In this document: piece by piece, positions 26,744 to 36,000 of the stretch
Layout: every line of letters begins with the position of its first letter
Position numbering within the stretch: position 1 is the stretch's first letter
IMG/VR virus record: IMGVR_UViG_3300037755_000591
Location: 17,365-81,364 of that record
DNA: 64,000 nucleotides
Origin: a virus
Taxonomy: Duplodnaviria; Caudoviricetes
Strand: one strand, 5' to 3'
Notes under the pieces: model-generated
Told to the model about the DNA's origin: nothing
Databases searched by the model: none
What the model saw: only the letters and a program-made list of their open reading frames with translations
Program-made: the position numbers and the translations under genes

Positions 26744-27373
26744 TTATGCCTTGATAAGATAATTAGTGGTTAGATAGGGGGACACATTATTATGTGCGCC
26801 ACCACTGCCCGTCGAGTTTGAGTTATACACCACCCCGCTAACGGTAAAATCTCCAACGCGCCTCATGCGGTCTGGGCCAGCACCACCATTTAGCCCAATA
26901 TCATCGTCATGAGTGTGCGCGGGCATTTCAGGGATAGTTAGGGTATGCGTTTCTGCCCCGCTACCCTGTCCTAGATTATCAGCCTGTGTTGCGGTCACTC
27001 GATTTGCTGAACTTCCGCCCATGTTATCCGCGCCAAGCACATCACGTCCTCGTAAGTCTGGCAGATTAAATGTTGTCGTAGTGTCGCCAGCACCGAACGT
27101 CTCGCCGATGACCCCAAATAAATTAATAAAGGTAGTGCGACTCACTTCACTACCATCACATAGTAGCCAACCACTCGGAATGCCTTGGTATGGAGGATCA
27201 GGAGTTTCGGGCGCAGCATAGGGAATAATTAAGCCGGTCGGAATGATGGCCTGAATGTTACAGAGCGCGTCCATTAAATCCTGCATACGTGCCTTTAACA
27301 ACGGAATCCCGTCGCAGCCCATCTCGGTCGGGTTGCCGCTTGGCCATGTCTCGGTACAATCTATCAGTCCCAT
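26744..27373 (-). CDS. tail-collar domain fibre protein (paralogue 1)
   Basis: PTGLIIPYAA...GWLLCDG...FNLPDLRGR...HNNVSPY. Confidence 0.9.
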   Translation of the reverse strand: MGLIDCTETWPSGNPTEMGCDGIPLLKARMQDLMDALCNIQAIIPTGLIIPYAAPETPDPPYQGIPSGWLLCDGSEVSRTTFINLFGVIGETFGAGDTTTTFNLPDLRGRDVLGADNMGGSSANRVTATQADNLGQGSGAETHTLTIPEMPAHTHDDDIGLNGGAGPDRMRRVGDFTVSGVVYNSNSTGSGGAHNNVSPYLTTNYLIKA

Positions 27374-27382
27374 CGGATACTC

Positions 27383-28951
27383 CTAGAAATAAAATATATA
27401 GGCCACAGTAATCGTCGCCTGACTTCCAACACCCCAATTTCCGCCACCTGCGGCACTGGCACAAATTTGAAACGGCGTGGCTGGTAATGCAGGGTTTTGT
27501 GTCACGACATAAAATACATTGCTTGGGTTTACAATCTGGACATATGCAGTGACCGATGTTGCACCCGGAGGTACAGTTGGCATCGGGAAAGAAAAAAGCC
27601 GACCTGTATTTACGCCAGCATAATTACAGTTGGCCGCCAATCCCGGACCTTGACTCAGTTGTGCTTGAATTTGCACTGAGCCAACGACATTTTGAATGAT
27701 GGTTGAATTATCATCAAACGTATCGTAGGTTTTCACATCGTCATAAACAGTCAGTAGTGGATCATATTCATCCGCAATATCGGCGGAAGTCAATTCAAGG
27801 TCGTAAACGGTCAGAAAACCACCTTGCGTTTCCAGATAGTCTTCGTATTCTATACTGCGCTCTCGATGGTCAGACTTGAAACCAACGATACGCATCCATT
27901 CTTGTAATCGAAACGACTCTACGAGATGAACTTGTTCAGTTAAAAAGTCGTAATCCTCTTCATGCACGAGGGTATCTGCAAATATCTTTTCGTTGATTTT
28001 TGGCGGACGAGGCAATACGACTGTTACATCACCAGAATAGTAAGGTGCGGATTGCTCCATTTCAAATACGCCACGTCGATATAAGCTGATTGCCACCTCA
28101 TTCTTAACTGCTTGTGACGCATTTAAATCGTTTTGTGGCTTATGTATTTTGAACTCTTTCCGCAACTGGCAACCCCGTGAAATAGTGTTGTTGATGATGC
28201 TCCCACTTGCCGCATGAAGTGGGAAATCGGGATGTGTCGCCAACGTCGGATCAATATTAAGCGCATTAGATAACGCGACCGGCTGTGTACTCGACGGCCC
28301 CGACACCGGATATAATCGCTTTATCGGTTCTCGTGAAGGCTCTTTTAATCTTAGCGGCGATAATTGGTTTTCTTGCCGAACATAAAAACTTGGATCTTGC
28401 CCGTCGAAGGTCCCAATATCCAACAAGTGGGTTCCTCCACTATTGCCCCCATAACGAAAGAATGTGGGAAATCGCGAAGCCTCTAAAACATCAATAATTT
28501 GGGGCCATAATGTTTGATGGGAACGTGGATCAATTGTGATTTGAATGTCGCTCAATGTTGTTGTATCGCCTAATGCCCACATGCTATCGAGTGCAGTAGC
28601 CAGCAACGCGGTAATTGCTGCTGAAACAGCCACATTTTGAAAGTGAATATTGGCCGCAGTCTCACATTGCAACCGCCCTATTTCCCCATCACACTTCAGC
28701 GTTGTTTGAAGACGCTGAGAACTGCCCCGCTCAAATTTCGGGGGCGGGGACGGACTTCGGATGATCCCACTGATGAGTAATTCGCCATCTTGATAGAGTG
28801 CAATATCCTCTAGGTAAATATCACCTAGCCCTATCAAATCTAAGGTAGTAACACTGACCTCAAATTCAGGTATTTGGCGCTGCTTTTCGCTACGTTTAAC
28901 GCGGATAACGCTAATTTCCTTCGTTCCGATGATGCATGTTGTTGCCATCAC
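27383..28951 (-). CDS. tail tip/hub protein
   Basis: Second gene after the tape measure protein; 522 aa. Confidence 0.6.
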   Translation of the reverse strand: MMATTCIIGTKEISVIRVKRSEKQRQIPEFEVSVTTLDLIGLGDIYLEDIALYQDGELLISGIIRSPSPPPKFERGSSQRLQTTLKCDGEIGRLQCETAANIHFQNVAVSAAITALLATALDSMWALGDTTTLSDIQITIDPRSHQTLWPQIIDVLEASRFPTFFRYGGNSGGTHLLDIGTFDGQDPSFYVRQENQLSPLRLKEPSREPIKRLYPVSGPSSTQPVALSNALNIDPTLATHPDFPLHAASGSIINNTISRGCQLRKEFKIHKPQNDLNASQAVKNEVAISLYRRGVFEMEQSAPYYSGDVTVVLPRPPKINEKIFADTLVHEEDYDFLTEQVHLVESFRLQEWMRIVGFKSDHRERSIEYEDYLETQGGFLTVYDLELTSADIADEYDPLLTVYDDVKTYDTFDDNSTIIQNVVGSVQIQAQLSQGPGLAANCNYAGVNTGRLFSFPMPTVPPGATSVTAYVQIVNPSNVFYVVTQNPALPATPFQICASAAGGGNWGVGSQATITVAYIFYF

Positions 28952-30096
28952 ATTCTCCTAAAATAATGGTGAACGTGGACTCGCGCCCCGCCTGTATTAC
29001 CAATAACCATATAGTTTCGTCCCGGATAGAGTTGTCCGGGCCAATCACCACAAGTACGATTAACCGCACTCGCCATACTAAAGAGTATTGCCCCGTCCCG
29101 CATGACAAACCCGCCACCTGCCACGTCGCCGATGACGGCAATATCGGTTGACTCAATCGTGATACCGAGACTGGCTGCAATCGCCGCGATGTCTGCCCAA
29201 TCTAAAAATGTGACACACTCTTGTTGGCTGAAACCAATGTCGCGAGTTACCCGCATTTCTACACCATCTAGTGAGGGAATATTGTCAAATACATACATGC
29301 TCAAAGGCGGCGCACTCCAATATTTAGGATCAACCCGTATGCCCGTCCCAATAAAGGTTGGCTCATCCGTCCAACCCTGTGAAACCCACCCCGTTTTTAC
29401 ATCTATCTTGTGCTGGTTCTCATGCAGAATTTGACAAAATTCGGGATCAAAAAACGGCGCGATGTTGGTGACGTTCTTTTTCATAAAGAAGCGACACGGG
29501 TATTTCTCAGTGGATAACGACTGACAAGTAGGCCATGGCTTAAAATTATCAATATACGGGGTTTTAAGGATAGTTGTCCCCGTGCCAATTTCGCCCTCCG
29601 GCGACCAATACCAGAGCATTCGATTGAGCGGTTTCCAATAGCTCTTGGTTTCAAATGCCAGATCACATGTGTAGGAAAAATTATTATTCGATTTAATTTG
29701 AAGTTTGGTTATTCGGGCGCGATTGTGGAGCCAGAGGAAACGACACCCCCGACAACATCTCTCGCATTTACAACATGACTTATCATGTAAATCCACGCCA
29801 GATTCCCCCACCCGCTCGAAGCCTATAATATCAACTTCGAGTCCAAGCATTCGCTCTAGTTTTTGCATGTACTGCCCATCGCTGTGCAGTGTGTCACTGA
29901 AAAGCTGAAGCGTGAATGAATACTTCCGCACCTTGGGCTTAAATTGTGTGGACGGCATGAAAACCTTATTACTATCCTGAAAGTTTTTAGCGTCGCCTTG
30001 CGCCTCAAGCGTGATGGAGGGGAAGTCGATTATATGGGCATGTAGGGAAACGTCGCCGATTTGAAATATATTTTGAATTGCAGCGGGACCTGACAT
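28948..30096 (-). CDS. distal tail (Dit-like) protein
   Basis: Directly after the tape measure protein; C-terminal LYPGRN typical of Dit. Confidence 0.6.
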   Translation of the reverse strand: MSGPAAIQNIFQIGDVSLHAHIIDFPSITLEAQGDAKNFQDSNKVFMPSTQFKPKVRKYSFTLQLFSDTLHSDGQYMQKLERMLGLEVDIIGFERVGESGVDLHDKSCCKCERCCRGCRFLWLHNRARITKLQIKSNNNFSYTCDLAFETKSYWKPLNRMLWYWSPEGEIGTGTTILKTPYIDNFKPWPTCQSLSTEKYPCRFFMKKNVTNIAPFFDPEFCQILHENQHKIDVKTGWVSQGWTDEPTFIGTGIRVDPKYWSAPPLSMYVFDNIPSLDGVEMRVTRDIGFSQQECVTFLDWADIAAIAASLGITIESTDIAVIGDVAGGGFVMRDGAILFSMASAVNRTCGDWPGQLYPGRNYMVIGNTGGARVHVHHYFRRM

Positions 30097-33000
30097 TACA
30101 ATGTACTCCTTAAACCACCATTGCGGCGCGGCGGATTATTTCTCTGTGCAATTTCAATCGCATCCATAACCACTTCCGCTAAGGCAAATGGATCATTTAC
30201 ATCCGTACCTTCTGGTATCGCCACATTGACATCCCCGAATTGGCTAGTATTGATAATCGTTGATCCCCCACCACCACCCATCGGTGCAGCACGTTCAAGT
30301 CCAACCCCAAATGGCATTTCAACGAAACTTTCTAGCAGGCTGACCAATTGCGGGTCGCGTTGAACCAATTGCCCACCTCTGCCCACTACAACTTCGTTAT
30401 AGTGGAGTTCTGCCAAGAATGAATCATCCGCATTGCCGGGTCCGGTATAGCCACCGGTTTCAAATTGCGGGACATCTTCTGTATTATTCCTACCAGCGTT
30501 ATTGAAACTGTTCGGGATACCGCCAAGAGCGGCCCCGACTGTTCCAGCGGTATAGCGCAAATTGGCTAACGCCTCTTCCATGCGCTGGATTTGACCGATC
30601 ATCAAATTAGTATTCGCGGTAAGTGAAAAGTTCGCTAACGCAAATTGACTTTGAATGGTGATGGAAGCGATTGTGGTTAAACGAGTAATATTCGATAGTG
30701 ATGAAAGCAGTTGTGCGAATAATGTTTCTACTTGCGGATATTGCTCATTAAATCCGAGAACAAATCCCTCTATGAAATTACCAGCAATTCGAGCCGCAAC
30801 GGTCGAGGGCGATTCAACACCCAAAGAAGATTCCGCACCCTCGGTAATAGCATCACCCGCGTCCGCCCCCGCATCTACCGCACTTTGACGGTTATCCTCA
30901 ATACCCTGTATCAGTCCAGCGACAAAATCTTGCCCCACATTTTCAGCAGCTACAAGCAATGGGCTATCTGCATCGAGGACTACACCCGCCTCAATTGCAT
31001 CTTGAAGCAGTTGTTGATCCTCTTCGGACAATGTAATGTCTTCCGGGTTTTCCACAGTGGCTTGTTCATAACTAACCCGAAGCTCAAGCAATTCAACAAC
31101 TCGATCCGCGTTTTTAGCATCAAGAGCCGCTTGTAATTCGTCGTCTAGGGCGGTATTAATTTCATCGCCAAACACGCCTGTTGGGTCGATGAAGCCCTGT
31201 GCTACAAGGTCGTCTGGTCTTGCTAATGCGAAGTTGAGACCACTTAAAATAACTTCTGTATCGTCGCTTGATAAAGCGTCTGATATAAAATTAAAGGCAT
31301 CGTTAACATTGACAAGTTCTGCCGTGCCTGTTTCCACAGCAATATTTGCCGCATCCATCCGTACAAGAATATCGCTGCTATTCAACTCGTCATTGAGAAT
31401 AGCAACAAAGTTGTCGCGGAAGCCGGGGATTTGTAACTGGGCCGGATCGAAGGCGCTAAACCCTTGCAATATGCTAAGGAACACATCATCAGCGAGTTCG
31501 GCAGCATCTTCTGGTGGTAAATTAAATGTCCCCTGTTCGATCAGGGCCGCTGCAAAATCGGGGACTAGACCTTCTGCAACATCTAACGCTCTTAGGAACG
31601 ATTCAGTATCAGAGAAAATACCAAATGCGCCTAAGTCAACTTGACTGAGTAAAGCGGGATCGTTAAAACTCTCAAGGATAACTTGGAAGGCTTGAGAGGG
31701 ATCAAGACCTTGGGCAACTAAATCATTGAAATTATTGACCAATTCTTCTTGGGCAACTCGTAATGCGTCGGGATCAAGCCCGACACTAATGTTACTGGCA
31801 GCGTCTTGAACATTACTAAATGCTTCTTCAAGGTCTTCTGCCGCCCGTTTTGCCTCAAGGGTTTGTTCAATATCACCCGTTAAATCAACAGGCCCAACAT
31901 CACTAAATGGTGATAACTGGTTGATAATACCGATCAGAACATTAATGGCGGTCTCGACCCCGCCAAGAATGAACAAGGCAAACTCTAAGAGCGCCTCAGT
32001 CAACGTCGATTTGATGTTATCAGGCAGAAGGTTCCCAAATAGCCCCGTCAATGCCCCCACCAAATCAAGTGCCAAATCAGGGCCAAAAGTAGCCAAATCA
32101 CCAATTAGCCGCAACACATCATCAACCACTGCGCCCAAATCGCCCGACGCAATGCTGTCAAATAGACTCTTGAAGTTATCAATTAAGTCAGTAATGGCGG
32201 ATGGAACCGTTATGTTTCCCGTAATCTGTTCGATGAAACCAATGATTTCATCCAGTCCGGGAATAGAGATGTCCAGTGATAAAGCACTAAACGCGCTTTC
32301 AATGGCTGTCTTGAAGCCATCCAGCGACAAATCGCCGGGCAGTAGGTCATTCAAACCCCCGAAAATTGCGTCGATAGCGGCGTTGGTTGCATCTTCTACC
32401 CCATCCGTGTCTATACCTAGCAGATTGGCTAGGTTGAAGATGGTAGCGAATAGCCCCTGAACCGCGCTCTTGGCAATATCAAGGAATGAAGTTAAGGCCC
32501 CGCTTATATCACCGGCTGCAATATCATTGAAATATCCAAAGATTGAATCAAGTAAGGCCCCAACTCCGGCCTCTGCGCCAGTGGTATCAATACCCAATAG
32601 GTTAAGCAGATCAAATGCCAGCCCTAAAACCCCACGCACGGCGGTTTCAACAATCCCCAAGAAACTTTGGAGCGCGGCAGTGATGTTACCTGCGGAAATG
32701 TCGTCGAAGATACTGAACAAGGTATCAATTAATATACTTGCGCCAGCTTCCGCGCCAGTGGTATCAATACCAAGCAGGTTGAGGAAATCGAAAGCTAATC
32801 CAAGCAGTCCACTAAGGGCTTGTGTGAAGATTGTACCGACATCCCCGATGGCTCCAAGTACATCAGCGACCGTCAAGTTACGCAGCGGGGCAAGTAAATC
32901 ATTTAAGAAGTCGCCGAGGCTAATGTCCCCGGTGAGCAAATCGCCGATACTACTAAACAACCCGCTAAAGGCATCAGTGATTGAGGATATGTCTATGCCT

Positions 33001-36000
33001 GTTAAATCTTGGAAGATGTCACCAACGGAGGATACAATGTCGCGCAGTAAAGCAAATCCCCGAATGAGGATGTTTATTAGTAAATGGGGCAATTGACGCA
33101 TACCGTCTAGTAAACCATTTACAATTTCCTCTCCTATTTCAAGGAATACTTTCGAAGGCGAACTAATACCTAGAAAATCTAGAACTGCATCAATCATTCC
33201 AGCAAAGAAATCAATTACAGAATCGATCACGGAATCGAAGGTGCTGAGTAGACTTGTGCCAAAAATATTGTCAAAGATACCTAGAATGGTACGTTCTATT
33301 CCGAGGAAAACTTTGACTACTGCTTTGACAACATTTGAAAGACCGCGAACAATACGCGCCGGATCAAGGGTAAATATGCCTGCAATTACATCAATTATGC
33401 CGCCAAGTGCGCCAAGTACAGGTTGAATCAACACGTCATTTAGGAGTGGCCCAACAAACCCGAATATTGCTCCTAATGCTGATGCTATGAACGACCCTAA
33501 ATCATCAAAGAAGTTTCCTATGCTGTCGAAAGCTGACTGTAACGAATCTGCAATATTTGTGCCAAAGATACTGTCAATTAGTCCGGCAACCAGCAGGATT
33601 ACATCACCAACGCCCTCAGCGAAACCAGTGACAAGCCCAACAAATAAATCAAGAACACCATCAGCCGTTTTCTTTATGCCGTCTAGCAATAAACTAAAGT
33701 CGCCAGTCACAATGCCTTGGATGATTTGTCCAAGGCCGGTCAGGATTTGAACCAACGGACCAATCGTGTCTTCTATGACGTTGATTGCAACAATGGCGAT
33801 TGCCGCAAAGGTGAGAAAGCCTGTACCGACTGCCGTTATCCCGCCGAGCAATGCTGGGCCGGCAATGACAGCAACAACTGCGCCAAGCGCAATAAGCAGT
33901 GAATCCAAGTTGCCATCGTCAATAACATCAGCTATCGCAGTACGGAAATTGTTAAAAGCATCAACAAAAGGTTCAATGACGATAGGTGCGGCAAATTCAA
34001 CAAAGTTGATAAATTTAGTGAACGCTATCGAGAAAATATCAATAGCTACCGCTGCTAGATTAATGGCGGTTGCAATGCCCGTGAAGAATAATGAAAGCCC
34101 AACGGTAGTTGCGATTTCAAATATCTCATCAAGTAGATCAAGAATTGATCCACCGCCACCCTCACCGGCTGCTTGAGTGTCGCCGCCGCCAAAGAGGGCA
34201 TCTGTAAATGTGCGGGCTGCATCAATTATTGAATTAAATGCGTTGACAACCTTCGTCACACCTTCCGATTCTGCAAAGGCGATCACCGAGGACTGAAGGT
34301 TCAGCAGGGCATCTTCAATTAATCGGAATGAGTCGATTACAACCTGAGTCCGTTCATCTGATAACCCCAATACATTGCTCAGGAAAATATCGAGGATTGC
34401 TGCGCCTAAATCAAACAAAACGCCGGGTAGTGCGGCTAGCCCCTGAACTAAACCATCAATAATACTCCCGCCTAGTTCGGCGAATATTGTGGACGGCGAC
34501 GAAATACCCAAGATGTCTTTGAAGCCGTCGATGATGGCTTGTCCGAACTCTCGACCTAGTTCAAAAATATTGCCGATACCAGCGAGTAAGCCATCAAGTA
34601 TCGACTGACCAATGTCACGGAAGGTGGTTTCGCCACGTAAAAGCGATGTCAATGTATCCGCAAACGTTGATAATAAACCCAAGAATCCCGCGAGGGCGTT
34701 GAAGACTCCAGTGCCTTCTTTGGCGACAAAGCTAATGAAGTCGGTAAAGACCCCAAAGAGTGCTACTGCACCTACTGCACTCAATCGAAGCAGACTACCA
34801 GCCAAGGAAATAAACGCCCCGATTGCCGCTCTAAATCCGGGGTTGTTGATAACGTCCCCAATTGCCGAAAAGAAACGTTGAATGGTGGCAAATGCGGTCG
34901 CTGTAATTTGGCGAAGTTCAACGCCAATATCTTCGATACGCAGTTGAATCTTGGCAATCGTGTCGATAAAGGTGTCTGGATCATCACCTAATATTGCCCG
35001 AACGAGTGGGTTTTGGATCAATCGACTACGTAATAATTGTTGACGGGTTTCGAGTAAGCGATTGGCACGTCGCGCTTCAGCATCAATTTCATCGGCAAAT
35101 TCAGTATCAATACCGAGTTTTTCACGAAGCGCTATTTCCTCATTGATTTCAGCAATGCGGTCGCTAATCTCATCGGTTTCGAGAGCAACTTGTCCGGGTA
35201 TCTGGATTACCTGACCTGTCCTAATAAGATTACGATCTGTAATTTCAGGATTTGCGGCCAAAATATCTTCAATAGTAACACCGAAGCGGCTGGATAAATC
35301 GGACAAGGTATCACCCGCCACAACAGTATGTTCGGCAGTGCCAGTTAGAGCATTATTGATACCGTTGATTTCATCTGTAACCTCTGCCGCACGATTGCGT
35401 AATTCTGTGATTTCATCGACTGCACCCCCGCCCAGTTCTAAGCCAATGATCTGTTGATTAATTAAATCAAGTTCAGACTGAAGTTCGTCACGTCGCGACG
35501 CGCTTTGCTCTGCACGTTCTTGTTCAAGTCTTGTGCGCTCGGCGATTAAGTCATTAACCGCAGCTTCCCGATCATGTATTTCGTCAGCCTGTCCAGTCCC
35601 AAAATCTATGTCCGCTTGAAGATTTAGGAAATCAAAGAAACCCGTTGCAATCTCAACCAAACCAATCAGGTCTTCAATACCATCAGCTAGTTTTTCGATA
35701 ACCTGCCCGACAACATTTAAGCTGCCGTCAGCCGAGTTACCAAGATTATCAAACTCAGTGACGGCCCGAATAACATTGTCAACGAATGTAAACACCGACC
35801 CTGCGAGTTCCCCAATGGCTCCAAACAGACGACCCGTAACCTCGAAGAGTCTGTCGAACGAGTCACGGGCTTCTATTGCTAATGCCACAACAATGCCGAT
35901 GGCACTCCCAATGGCAACAAAAGCGGCACTTAACAAAAGCGTTTGAGCAAGGGCAACTGGACTAAGAATGAGACCAAGTAACCGCCCAAATGTTATCAGA

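Noticed and set aside
25472-27373. Diversity-generating retroelement or shufflon acting on the tail-collar genes
   Set aside because: No reverse transcriptase or invertase in the window; the repeats are in-frame paralogues and differences are not confined to adenines.
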